A stretch of 64,000 nt of DNA from NCBI RefSeq assembly GCF_009914755.1, contig NC_060927.1; one strand, written 5' to 3'. Source of the stretch: the human T2T-CHM13v2.0 reference genome, Homo sapiens. Position 1 is the first letter of the stretch. Each line of letters starts with the position of its first letter. The notes beneath the pieces are model-generated. The model saw nothing but the letters and a program-made list of their open reading frames with translations. It was not told where the DNA came from and did no database searches. The position numbers were made by a program, and so were the translations under genes. This document shows, one piece after another, positions 1 through 18,173 of the stretch.

Positions 1-129
1 GTGAACTAGTGAACAAATGAATCGATTACTACGGGCACAGTTTTTCAAATTTTGATAACCCATAAGCATAAAGAAATTGCATGATCTCCTTGTTACTTAC
101 ATTCTTTATTTATAAATAATGTCTATTCA

Positions 130-470
130 TCATACATTAAAGCAAGGGGTGATTGATAGAGAATAGCAGGAAGGCCTGGTCAGGGTGGTCAGCACTGAGA
201 AGGAAACATTTAAGTTGAAACTCAAGGATGAGAAAGACTCAGTCTTATAAAGACCTAGGGGAAGGAAATTTTAGACAGCAAAAACCACCTGCTTAAACTT
301 CCTGAGATGAAAAAGCAGTTGGCTGATTTAAAGCAATGAAAGAAGGTCCGGTGGCTGGAGAGCAGTGAACAAAGGCTAGAGTTAACTAATGGGAGGTTAG
401 AAGGTCATTGTGGCAATGTCCCAATAGTGGGACACTTGAGGACCAAAGGAATGAGTTCAGATTGTACATG
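130..470 (-). mobile_element. L2 LINE fragment (old)
   Basis: Degenerate match to the antisense L2 motif run (acatttaagttgaaactcaaggatgag...gaagg-tccggtggctggag). Boundaries approximate. Confidence 0.55.
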
Positions 471-520
471 GCTTTTTCAGCCGGGCCCCAAAATATTTCT
501 TAGAAAGACATTTTATTTAC

Positions 521-842
<322 letters not shown>

Positions 843-1522
843 TTACCAAGTATTTTGTAAAAATATGCTCTATGTTAATGTCCTTGGCATTCAATGGTCC
901 CTACCCTCAAAGATTCCAGACTCAAGGGAGACAAGTGTGTAAACAGATAAATAAAATACAGGGTGATACATACAAATGACATTGTAACCAACAGCAATGA
1001 TTCCCAGCAGGATAATATTCAGTGGAAGATAAAGTGTTTGCTCCTCTGGTGAAAGATATTTTATCATCTCATGCAAGATTCCTTCCTGGATTTTTATCTC
1101 TTTGAGGCAGTACCCACTCCTTCACTTTTTCATGCAATTGTTTTCCCTCTTATTTTGCCATACCTTGGAGTTTTTATCTAACAAGTCTTAAATCATCATT
1201 GCCTGTTTCCCTTGGAAACCAAGGAGAACCTGGTTGAACACCAGTTGGGGAAATAGGGATGTTGCCTGAGCTTGCAGATGGTAGGAGCAGACACAGTCAG
1301 CCACCAGTCTTTAAATGACGGTGGTCAGGAGGTGACCAGGGAGCCACCACAAGCATATTCAGAGAAAAATCATATAGGCAAGTTCAGCTGTTTTTATTAC
1401 AGGTTGAAAGTCAGTGATTTCTTAGCCAAAATGGTTGATGTCTTGTTCTTTAGCTGATTCATCTATTCATAGCGGACACTCAGTGACTGAGGCTGTTTTT
1501 ATTCTGATGGACTCAGTCACCA

Positions 1523-1833
<311 letters not shown>

Positions 1834-2163
1834 TAGTTATTCTTTATATTCCATTGAAATATACTCTTAGAGATATTGTAATGGAAATATTCTTATTACA
1901 TATTATTGCATGCAACAAGTAAGTGAATAAAAGAGCAGGATTTTATTTATATAAATTTAAAAATTATACACTTTTAGATGTATAAGTATGTATAAAAACG
2001 ACATTAGAAGGAGACACACAAAGCTATCTACTATTTGAAAGAAGATTGCATTTGGAAGGTGTTATGAATGACTTTCCTTCTAACAATGTTTTTCCAACAT
2101 TTTAAAATGTAGTAGTAAAGAAATATATGCTAATAATTTGTGTGTATGTATATCCTAACTAAC

Positions 2164-2169
<6 letters not shown>

Positions 2170-2224
<55 letters not shown>
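2170..2224. repeat. (TA)n microsatellite
   Basis: Perfect AT dinucleotide run of about 55 bp. Confidence 0.97.
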
Positions 2225-2227
<3 letters not shown>

Positions 2228-2989
2228 AGTTTCTATAGGTAAAGGGAATAAAGCAGGAAACATTTGAAAGATTCCAAATCTGGTTACTTTTGGTAGGTGT
2301 CGTTATTATTAAATCAATTTTAGAGCCACGAAGAAAAACACAATAAATGCAACTTTTAAAAATTTCAAAAATTAAATGGGTATCACCCCCTCATCAGTCA
2401 TACAAAAGTTTTCCAAAAACAATATTTATATTGTGTTATGTGCAGGCTGAGGGTCCCATGAACAGTTCTTTTGTCTTGCATAAAGACGATGCTCCTAGTC
2501 TACAGGCAGACCAGCTGTTCTTTCCATTGTAAAGCTTTATCAGAAGGGCTATAGTTCAGCTCCTTTCTTAGTCACCATATGACTTTGGACAATGAAAATG
2601 AAAACAATCACAATGAGAATGTTCTTAAAAGGAGAAATACCTAAAAGCCATTTTATTTTCTGAGATGGTATATGGTGTGTTAGTTACCAGTAACTGGAGG
2701 GCTGATATGGTTAAGCACATTGTGTCTGAATAACATACCAACTGGCAAGCGAGGGTTACCACAGACACCATAGGCCAGGCACACCTTTTGCCCACCAAGG
2801 CCTCAAATTCCAGGCAATGCATAAGTACACAGTAGCACAAGTCTTTTGGCTGAAAGGATTATATATAATTCGAATGCAATTATTAAACTTGCTACCTCTG
2901 TCATTGCTCCTGTTCTTTCTAGTTATCATATATGAAGCTCCTACTAGGTGTTCATCATTATCACTGACCTAACTAGTGAAGCTATATGA

Positions 2990-3165
2990 CTTCATTATTC
3001 TTATAACAACTTTGTAGGGTAAGATAGTATTAACCTCCTTATGCTCAGTGTGGAAAACCAAAGCTACAGAGATTTTATGTAACTTGCTCAAGGTCACACT
3101 GCTCATAAAATAGAACAACCTGGAGTTGAACCCAGAACTTTCTAGATTTTGTGCTCTTTCTACAA
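2990..3165 (-). mobile_element. MIR
   Basis: Reverse MIR core taacttgctcaaggtcacac...gaacccag. Confidence 0.7.
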
Positions 3166-4554
3166 CTTCACATTCTTTTTCTTTTTAGTGAGGGAATACC
3201 TGACCATTTCGCCACTAAGAAGTTTTATAAATGTTATAGGATAATGTAAGTGGAAAATCTTTCCAGAAAGCAGCAAACTCCATTGCAGCGATTTGTGCTT
3301 AACTGGGAACTTGAGCACATAATAACAATTACAGTTTAATTTTTCTTATTTTTTAAGTTATATTTATGATGTTACTCTTTGTGCCTCTAAATTGATTTAA
3401 TAACAAGGCCGCTGAACCTTTGAAGACCAAGGAACATGATAAAATATTTTAGAAACTCATATATTTTTACATTTGAAGATATAATATCAATTTTTCATAT
3501 TTAAGTTTTACATAAAAGTATGTTGGTCTGTTTCCTTTCACTGTATGTGACATTGCAATAGGGCATTTATTTCTGTGTGTCTTAGCATGTGCATATTGAA
3601 CTGAACTTGTGCATATTCATTGTATTTGTTGCCTAAAATTTATATAATAGCTGGATCTTGATTTTGAAGTCATGGGTATTATTTCCATGAGGGGAAAAAA
3701 CACAAAAAACTAGACTTGTATTCTAAAATCTACAGTAAGAAACGGTGAGATATAACTGCCAACAACCAGCTTCCTAAATATTGTTTATCTTTAGATTTTT
3801 GCCTTGATCTTCAAGGACAAAACAAGTTATGGGTGGCCTAATGGGTTTTACTAACTTAAAAATTGTACATTTAGATTACTCACAAATTCCTAGGATTAAA
3901 ACAAATTATATATACAAGCTATTTAGAGCTAATTGAGGAGTGTGTATGTTTCTCAATCTACATTTTTAATTAAAGCAATAGCTTTAATTCCTGCATGCCT
4001 AGATAGGTATGCACATTTTAGAAGTCAAAGAAAGAGTCAAGAATAGTATCAACGATCAGAGGGAAGCCATCCAACTGTGAAACTACTGGTCATTGAGTTT
4101 TTTCTGAGTTTTAACCATATGTGTTAATAGCATTTGTTATACAAAATGTTGATCATTGTGACTGTACAAAATGGTATCAACACATTTTCTGCAGTGCACA
4201 ACACTTCTACCTCATGATACTTTATTCTAATTTGCTTTATCTGATTACATCTACATTTTAGAGTGATAGAGAAATGCTGAATGGTTTGAAGAAAGTCAAA
4301 TTAATGATACTTCTGGAGGGGTGATATAGTAACAACTACTAGTGTTTTTAATATACATCTGTCATCCTTTTCATTAAAACTTAGGGAAATGAGCTGGGAG
4401 GAGGTTGTTCTGAAATATAGTTATTTCTGTCCTTGTAACTTCATCATTTGCTTTAAAAATTATTATTCATAGATAATTTGTTTTTTCTTAGCATGAGTAA
4501 TGAAATCTAAGAAATCTAAGACAGCCCTCAACTTATTACTTGACTCCCCGACTT

Positions 4555-4660
4555 CATTCTTTTCCATCTTCCTTCCTCTATTCTCTCTTTCCCCATTCCC
4601 TTCCCTCCTTCCTTCTTCCTCACATTCTTCTTCTCTTTCTTTCTTCTTTATTTCCTTCAT
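4555..4660. repeat. CT-rich low-complexity tract
   Basis: Polypyrimidine (ttc/tcc) stretch. Confidence 0.8.
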
Positions 4661-5679
4661 TCATCAAATATTTATTATAGTGCCTATCAGGTGCCTCCCT
4701 GGGTGATGGTAGCAGCTTCATGAAATGAAATTTTTCACCTTCTCAAGATCACATGACCAAGTTTAAGGCAAAGGCCTTAGGACAGAAAATACTCATCCAG
4801 GACAGTTTCTAGCAGAGCTGTGGTTCCGAACTTTTCCAGCAGAGATGCCCTTATCCACAGTGTATTTTAGCATGTAGGAAAACATAATCTCAGCCACTCA
4901 CAGGAATGTAGCTGGATTGGTTGGCAGCAGAGAGCTTTCAATATCAAGTCATGGTGTAAAGTCAGTTGGGATTTGAAGGGAGGTATGTCTCCCTATCATG
5001 ACGTTTTGTTTTATGTCCAGCGAATCAATAAAACAAGTAATTTATTGTTCCAGTTCCAAATATGCTTAAAGAATAAAAGCACTGCACATAAATGTGCTAC
5101 CCTAATTGTGTGAAGGATTTATGTGATTTGTAAAATATTTTTTGCTAGATCACTTTATCCACACTTCTGATTGTGTTGACTAACAAAATTAAGTAATCTT
5201 TGATGCAAACATGTCTTGAGGGTGATTGATCACACTCAGTTCTTGGGGGTGGGGTACTGTTACGGCATATTGAGAATTTGCAAATAATCTTAGGTTAAGC
5301 ATCTGTTTTTTTCTTAGACTGCTTACTGTGTAAAAATAAATCAGGTTTTATATCTTTGGGAAGGAAAACCTGAATAAGGAAGATTGATGTGTAACCGAGT
5401 TATCGGAAGCCAATGATGGTGCTGAAATTTAAAATGTCAGTTTTACAGTGTTTGAATATAGTTTCTCTGTAAAAGTTACTGAATCAGACTTGTCTTTTTC
5501 AAGAAACCAAATGCCAATTTATTATTCACATAGATTTCATTTTTTCGTCCCTTATACTACTTCACATTTTTATTGAAAGAGGCTTCGAGGCTTCTCTTTA
5601 CAAGACATTTTGATAATGATTGTGTTGATAGTGGCGGCTGAAACTGCCGCTGTTGGAATTGATTTAGCAGTATTTTCTC

Positions 5680-5790
5680 ATTCAGTTTTTGCTGCAACTC
5701 TATGAGACAGGAACTTTATTCACACCGATTTTGCAGATAAGCAAACTGAAGTACAAGTGAATTATGGATGTCTTCAAGGCCACACAGCTT
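5680..5790 (-). mobile_element. MIR fragment
   Basis: attttgcagataagcaaactgaag...caaggccacacagct is the reverse MIR core. Confidence 0.65.
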
Positions 5791-6779
5791 CCAAAACTTA
5801 TGCCCTTAATTATGATGCAAAGTTGCCTCTCTGCATGGAAAAAGTAACTTTAATAAAAGTAAGGCCTCTCTTTTGGCAACTATCTCTTTTAGGATAAAAT
5901 ACAGCCCACAATTTGGCCTGGCCTTAACCTCATGAACACAACTTACAGAGGAGATAAATGTGCTTTATAGTAGAAAGTAAATAAGAATGACTCACCATCT
6001 TGGTTATGTAAAATATATTGAGGTCTATTTTGAGTTAGGGCTCCCAGCAAAACCTGGTTTAATTCTTCAGTATCCTAGGAGGAACTAGAGATGTAGGTTC
6101 AGCAACCCAGCACAACTCCATTTTTACCTCTGAACCTGCTTCCTCACAATCAATAGTAATTCCCTGATCATAACATGGCATTCAGTGCATGCAACTAAAA
6201 TATGTTACTTTTTTTTTAGCAAAATATGCTACTTTTATTTTGTTCACATTATCCAAACTGTAAGAATTTTTACTTTAAATAAATTATATTTGATGCTTAA
6301 TTGATAGATGATAAAGAATTAAGGTTCAGCTTTTTTTGTCCCTCAACAAATATGTGAAATCATTTTTATGATGCATTTATGGCAAGAGTTTTGTAGCTTT
6401 AAGTGCCATGTTTTTTTGTTAGGCTTTTATAATTTTAAAAATCTATATGTTTAAGTTTGTATTTTGAAACTTTTTAGACTTCTAGGCCTCCCTTCATTTC
6501 TAATAAACATAGAAAAATAGTTAATAATTTTTCTAGAATATGCAATTTTCATCCTTCCTTTTAGAGGTCCAATTGACTATCCAGTGGGCCACCTGACAGC
6601 ATGTTTTATAATTTAGTGTTTTCTCTCGAATTGTAAATGTGTCCACCACAACAAAAACATACGCTTCAAGACAGATTATCCATGTTGTTTTGTTGAAAGG
6701 TGTAATACTGCCCAATTAAATTAACTAAAATTTAGGTAGGGAGATAGGAATGGGTCAAGATTCGTATCAGCAGTTCAAC

Positions 6780-7567
6780 TGAAACGCGACAGTCCACTGA
6801 TTCCCCTTGCGGGGCCTGTGACAGGGGTGTAGCTCCCCTGTTCAGTTGCTGCGGCTGCTCAGACCCCTGACGGGAGGGGAGCACAGACCGGCAGGTGCAG
6901 GAGCCGGGCGGGGCAAGTGCTCTGGGCTGCAGCCCCGTGGTAGGTAGTATCTAGGAGTGGATGCCTGGGGCTCCAGTGTTGCAATGCTCTTTTAGCCTTT
7001 CTGTCCGCAGACAGCTTAAGTGTTAACCAGCTCAGTGGAACCATTACCTTTTCACCAGGGCAGAGGGCTAGTGTGACAGCTTTCTGTATCCTGAATTCTT
7101 GTCCAGTGTCCCAGAAGGATCGGGTCACACATGGGCTTGAAGGATGAATTTATTGAGTGGCGGAGGTAGCTCTCAGTGGGGAGCTGGGCGGGGGCAATGG
7201 ACTGGGAAGATGATCCTCCCCTAAAGTTTGGCTGTCCAGCGGCCAAACTCCTCTCTGAGCACCCCCAGCAGAACTCAGCTTTGTGTTCACACTCCTTCTC
7301 TTCTCTCTCTTTCTCTGCCGTGCCGTTCTGCTGTTCATCTGCTTGTCTCTCCATCTCCTTGCCTCCTTCTCTGCTCCTGGAGCCTGGGGTTGGGAGTTTA
7401 TGTGGGTACAGGATGGGGGGACATGGCAGGCCAAAAGGCAACTTTTTGGGCTTGAAAACAGAAATGCCTATTCCCCCTAAGGGCAGCAGGTATCCAGACT
7501 TGAGGGTGGGGCCTTTGCATGGGAACCTTCCTCTTCTACCGTATTTCCCTGTCTCCTCTCCATATCA
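6780..7567 (-). mobile_element. ERV1 solo LTR, LTR1-like
   Basis: Minus strand reads TGATATGGAGAGGAGACAGGGAAATAC...GGCCCCACCCTCAAG...GTTTCA (TG...CA ends). Internal AATAAA at ~7149-7154 (minus strand). About 790 bp. Confidence 0.75.
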
Positions 7568-7773
7568 CATGCACATGTAGTCTTAAACCAGCTTAATAAG
7601 TTGCACTATTGTAGAAACAATTTTACTTTTTTAATGTATGGGCAAAAATAATACTGCCGATTATATTTCAAAGATAAGGAACTCACTTTGAGTGAAGATA
7701 AGGCAAATATTGAAATATATAGAAAGGTTCTCACTTGAAACATGCGTAAGATCAGGGTTACAGGGAATAAGAA

Positions 7774-8543
<770 letters not shown>

Positions 8544-8726
8544 GAAGATAATATATATTTTTAAAATTTTTATATTATTTCTTTTTGGAATAAGGTAATT
8601 TTAATGCTAGCCTTTTTTGCATGAAATTAATTTAGTAGTACTCTCATCAGAAAATAATTACTTGGCATTTTTAAGTTTTTGATGGACATTCTAAATAACG
8701 TTGCAATATTCTTGAATTGATAGAGA

Positions 8727-8790
8727 ATTCAAGAATTCTGTAATCCATTGATGAAACCATTCAAGAATTCCAGAATCCATTGATGAAAGA
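8727..8790. repeat. 32-bp tandem duplication
   Basis: attcaagaattctgtaatccattgatgaaacc followed by attcaagaattccagaatccattgatgaaaga. Confidence 0.85.
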
Positions 8791-10689
8791 AGAAAAACAT
8801 AGACAAACAGCTCAAACCAAGGCTATGCATTATGTGGGACCAGCTCGTTAATGGTACACAGTATTTTTTCTGCTTTCATTAATGGATTGGTGATTTCAAG
8901 GACACTAACTAACCTTTGCATCATAAACATTTTGTACCTATAAACTACAAATAAAGAATATAGTTTAAACAATCGTATGCAAATATGGGCATAATATTAA
9001 TTGAATTGATTTATTTGGCAACGCAAACTATAGTTATAAATAATATAAAGACTATTTTTATTTATGTTTTGTTTTTCTCACTTACCACTTATCTGCTTCT
9101 CTAATCGTCTCTCTTATAAGAGATCTAAAATTTTGAAGGAGTTTGGGATATGGGAGCATTTAACTGGACAATTATTTCTTTTTCTATCTATTTTAGTTAG
9201 AATCATTCTAAAATAGGATAAACTTTATATGATACCAAAAATCCATTCGGACAGTCACATTTTTCATAGTAAGCGTCAATTTAAACTAACTCTTCTATAT
9301 GACATAAGTCAGAATTAAAGTTTTGATCTGAATTATGTATTTAGATGCTTAAATGCCTCTCATTAACTTAAGGTTTTTGCTAATGCTTCTATCTTTTGTT
9401 CACTTAGCCATCATTTTATCTTTAAAATATGCATAGGAATGTACATAAGTGGAGTCATAACATCATTTTTAGATAAAAGTTAAAAATGAGACTGTAATTC
9501 ATTTTTAACATATTTGTATGTTGTGGCTGTACAAAATCCAAAAGTATTTTCACTCTCCAATGGGGATGATGTGCAGCTCCCAAAATGGAAATAGAGGTAA
9601 CGTTCCAGTGATCATAAAAGGACAGTCATAAGCTTTTAGTGTGCAGCAGTTTTAAGACTATCCTCAGTTAATGTGAGGCAATTGCAGATTCACTGCATCT
9701 GAGTTTAAACCTCTCACTACTTTGAGTGAAGTCTATTAATGATATGCCTTCCATGCAGCTGACATTTTAAGATCCTTGCTGCTTTTCAAAACGCGTGGGC
9801 ACTAAAGATGTCTTCTTGCTCTTGAGAATTGATTTCATACACAACAGGAGCTTGTGATGGATTCGCTCCCACTGTGGGAATTGTCCGTGAGTATCCGAGG
9901 GCAGGAATTGGCTCAGATAAAGGATCTATCCTGAGCGCTCTCCTGTAAAGAGTAAGATGTGCGCATTAGAACTAGCTGATGCCGAGTTTAATTCCCAGTC
10001 TCTTTTGTGATTCTAAACCATTTGACAAGCCTCTGCCTAGTGTGAGCAGATTGATCAGGAAATTTATTCATTTCATGACCTTGTCTACTCATTTATAGCT
10101 CTTAAAAAAGTACCTCACCTGGAACTCAAAGCTCCCTAAGAATTTAAAAGTTATGAATATATTTCTTTCATCTATAAAACTACATTTTGCTTTGGATAAA
10201 ATATCTAGCATTTGAGGAGAATTTCATGTTAGCGCAATTGATTAGGCTCTATGTTACATAGATACATCATAAATTGCTTTTATAATAAATTTATGTTTTC
10301 TTTTGTTTTAAAGGACATGGGGATTGAGTTGCAACCAATAGATACAGTTACACAAGCCGGCATGGTCAATAGCATGTGGATAGCTGATAACAAACAGTAC
10401 TAGAATTGTCAGTGTGTTTTCATTGACTCCTGACCTGTTAAAACTTAGCTCCTGAAGACCCATTAGACTGGACAAAATATACCCATTTGAATGGACAGAA
10501 CTAACAGGCAGATACTATTATTATAAAGCCATAAATGAGCAATCAGTCTCATATGTGTTTGAAGATAGACTATAGATTATGGTTCTATGCCTTATGATAC
10601 AATTACTGGGTTATTTGTGTAATTTGAAATTTGGGTTTTAAGAAAACCATATTTTCTTATTTCTTGAGGAGAAGAAAGAAAACCGATAT

Positions 10690-10885
10690 GGTTGGTCATA
10701 GTAGGTAATGAGAAAAATGGCAGAAGATGAGTTCAGAGAGAAAGGCATGTCCAGATGACATTGGGCTGTGTAGGTTAAAACCTTAGTACTTGGACTTCAT
10801 TTTATCTGCCAAAAGAACCACTGGAGTGCTTTAAATAATAACCTGATATGTTTCATATATTTTTGAGAGATCATTATGGCTTATG
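10690..10885 (-). mobile_element. L2 fragment
   Basis: Degenerate reverse L2 (agatgagttcagagag...ttggacttcatttt...ccactggag...gatcattatggct). Confidence 0.5.
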
Positions 10886-11649
10886 TATTACAAAAAATTC
10901 TGCTTCATTTCTGACAATTTATAAAATGATTTCAAGAAACAGATCTCACATGTGATTCTTTGAAAAGCAGGCACGATCTTCTAAAGTAAATAAAGATTTT
11001 TGTACAGATATTCATCTATTATCTATTAAAAACTTTATTCCAGAATTATCTGGTAATGTTAATTTCACACAGCCAATATAAACAGTAATGAAGAAAATGG
11101 AACTCAGTTATTTTTGTTTCATGATCTATGAATCTAAGACCAAATAAATTATAAAAAATAACTATTCATTTGCCTTAGATAATCAAAAAACATCTCTGTT
11201 GCTGATTATCAAAATATTTATATTACAAAAAGGTTAATGGATTAGTGTCACATAAAAACATCTTAACTGAAGGCAAAATTGCATAACAGTATTTTACTTT
11301 TGCAATGCCATCTAATTTTCAATACGTTCAAGGTAAAAAAAAGCAATAAAATGGAAATGGCAATAAACATAATTCATTAGGCACACACTCCACTTTATGA
11401 GATGATGCAATGAATGTCATTAGACAATCAATTTCTTCCCTGGTTGGTCATTTAATGGTAGAACCAGTGGGCCGATTATAACGTGGGTATGCCATATTGA
11501 CAACCGAGGCAAATTAATATAGTGGAAAGGACACTCGTTTGAGATTTAGGAAGCCTTGATCAGCCTATTCAACTAAAGAGTTGCACAAAAACCATGTTTG
11601 TGGAGTTAGTTTCCTAATCTACAAAATTAGAGGATTGAAGTAGATAGTA

Positions 11650-11825
11650 GATCCAAAATGCTGGTCCAAGGATGAATGTCAGGCTGGCCTTATCAGAATT
11701 ATTAGGATAACTTTTAAATACAATTGATTCCCAGATTCTTCACTCAGAAATACTTACTTATTGTGTCCAGAGTGGGGTCTGGACAGAGATTTGTAAAAAT
11801 CACCCAGGTGATTCTAATGTGTGGG
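11650..11825. mobile_element. MER5-like hAT-Charlie MITE, next to a MIR remnant
   Basis: atcagaatta...gattcccag...cccaggtgattctaatgtg motifs. Confidence 0.6.
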
Positions 11826-12041
11826 GATCTTTTACAACAGATGGAATGTATGACCCCAAAACATCTTTCTTTTTGAAAGAAAAATCTTTGAATTCTGTGT
11901 TTCTCTAGGCTGTTTCCAAGAATCTTTACATTATAAATTAGGCTACATTACATTTGTGGATTTGGTACTAAAGCTCAAGATTTTTTTCTTCTGCTTTGGA
12001 GGTAAGCTTATGCTTTTTCTATAGTTAGCAGCATCCTGCAC

Positions 12042-12139
12042 AGACATTTGTACAAATATCTCAATTTTCCTTCTTCATTGTGGAAAATTGAGACATTTGT
12101 ACAAATATCTCAATTTTCCTCCTTCATTGCAGAAAATGG
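12042..12139. repeat. 49-bp tandem duplication
   Basis: agacatttgtacaaatatctcaattttcc(t/c)... starts at 12042 and again at 12091. Confidence 0.9.
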
Positions 12140-12149
12140 CCTAAAAATT

Positions 12150-12486
12150 TGCATGCATTTTAGCCTAGCCATTTTCTTCTAGTAATTATTCCTAAATTAT
12201 GTTCAAAAATGTATGCATAATTAATGTTCTTCAACATATTTTGTAATAGTAATTAATTTAAAACATTACAAATATCTACAAACAAGACATAGGTTAAAAA
12301 GAATTTTATGATAATAATATAATATTGTTAAAAATTGTCATATAACAATACAATATACCCTACAGGACTTAAAATTTCTGTTCTAGAACAATATTTATTG
12401 ACATAAAAAGTATTCACCATATATTGCTCGGTAAAGAAACATCAAATGGTATTCCCCTATGTTTCTAAAGATGAAAAATAAAATCT
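12150..12486 (+). mobile_element. Old L1M (L1ME-like) 3' fragment; host of the L1PA insertion, probably resuming at ~18641-18790
   Basis: AT-rich degenerate L1M 3' motifs (atgttcttcaacatattttgtaatag; tatttattgacataaaaagtattcac). Confidence 0.45.
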
Positions 12487-12707
12487 CACAAATAATTTTT
12501 TTATTATACTTTAAGTTTTAGGGTACATGTGCACAACGTGCAGGTTTGTTACATATGTATACATGTGCCATGTTGGTGTGCTGCACCCATTAACTGGTCA
12601 TTTAACATTAGGTATATCTCCTAATGCTATCCCTCCCCCTTCCCCCCACCCCACAACAGGCCCCAGTGTGTGATGTTCCCCTTCCTGTGTCCATGAGTTC
12701 TCATTGT

Positions 12708-16522
<3,815 letters not shown>

Positions 16523-16585
16523 TATGATGTTAGCTGGTTATTTTGCTCATTAGTTGATGCAGTTTCTTCCTAGCCTCAATGGTCT

Positions 16586-17602
16586 TTACAATTTGGCATG
16601 TTTTTGCAGTGGCTGGTACCAGTTATTCCTTTCCATGTTTAGTGCTTCCTTCAGGAGCTCTTTTAGGGCAGGCCTGGTGGTGACAAAATCTCTCAGCATT
16701 TGCTCGTCTGTAAAGTATTTTATTCCTCCTTCACTTATGAAGCTTAGTTTGGCTGGATATGAAAGTCTGGGTTGAAAATTCTTTTCTTTAAGAATGTTGA
16801 ATATTGGCCCCCACTCTCTTCTGGCTTGTAGAGTGTCTGCCGAGAGATCAGCTGTTAGTCTGATGGGCTTCCCTTTGTGGGTAACCCGACCTTTCTCTCT
16901 GGCTGCCCTTAACATTTTTTCCTTCATTTCAACTTTGGTGAATCTGACAATTATGTGTCTTGGAGTTGCTCTTCTCAAGGAGTATCTTTGTGGCGTTCTC
17001 TGTATTTCCTGAATTTGAATGTTGGCCTGCCTTGCTGGGTTGGGGAAGTTCTCCTGGATAATATCCTGCAGAGTGTTTTCCAACTTGGTTCCATTCTCCC
17101 CGTCACTTTCAGGTACACCAATTAAACATAGATTTGGTCTTTTCACATAGTCCCATATTTCTTGGAGGCTTTGTTCATTTCTTTTTATTCTTTTTTCTCT
17201 AAACTTCTCTTCTTGCTTCATTTCATTCATTTGGTCTTCCATCACTGATACCCTTTCTTCCAGTTGATCGCATTGGCTACTGAGGCTTGTGCATTCATCA
17301 TGTAGTTCTCGTGCCGTGGATTTCAGCTCCATCAGGTCCTTTAAGGACTTCTCTGCACTGGTTATTCTAGTTAGCCATTTGTCTAATTTTTTTTCAAGGT
17401 TTTTAACTTCTTTGCCATGGGTTTACACTTCCTCCTTTAGCTCAGAGTATTTGATCATCTGAAGCCTTCCTCTCTCAACTCGTCAAAGTCATTCTCTGTC
17501 CAGCTTTGTTCCATTGCTGGTGAGGAGCTGCGTTCCTTTGGAGGAGGAGAGGTGCTCTGATTTTTAGAGTTTCCAGTTTTTCTGCTCTGTTTTTTTCCCC
17601 AT
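16586..17602 (-). pseudogene. L1 ORF1p, frameshifted near the start
   Basis: ATG GGG at 17602 is followed by 7 A where the consensus has 6. The C-terminal 248 aa are open (...QEIWDYVKRPNL...QPLQKHAKL). Confidence 0.93.
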
Positions 17603-18173
17603 CTTTGTGGTTTTATCTACCATTGGTCTTTGATGATGGTGACGTACAGATGGGGTTTTGGTGTGGATGTCCTTTCTGTTTGTTAGTTTTTCTTCTAACA
17701 GTCAGGACCCTCAGCTGCAGGTCTGTTGGAGTTTGCTGGAGGTCCACTCCAGACCCTGTTTGCCTAGGTATCAGCAGCGGAGGCTGCAGAACAGCAGATA
17801 TTGGTGAACAGCAAATGTTGCTGCCTGATCGTTCCTCTGGAACTTTTGTTTCAGAGGAGTACCCAGCCGTGTGAGGTGTCAGTCTGCCACTACTGGGGGG
17901 TGCCTCCCAGTTAGGCTACTCGGGGGTCAGGGACCCACTTGAGGAGGCAGTCTATCTGTTCTCAGATCTCCAGCTGCATGCTGGGAGAACGACTACTCTC
18001 TTCAAAGCTGTCAGACAGGGACATTTAAGTCTGCAGAGGTTTCTGCTGCCTTTTGTCTGTGCCCTGTCCCCAGAGGTGGGGTCTACAGAGGCACACAGGC
18101 CTCCTTGAGCTACAGTGGGCTCCACGCAGTTCGAACTTCCTGGCCGCTTTGTTTACCTACTCAAGCCTCGGCA

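Noticed and set aside
5627-5654. GU-rich hairpin gatagtggcgg-ctgaaa-ctgccgctgtt
   Set aside because: Too short for a pre-miRNA, relies on several G-U pairs, and has no supporting context.
6859-7580. ORF cluster up to 134 aa
   Set aside because: Almost entirely within an LTR1-like solo LTR.
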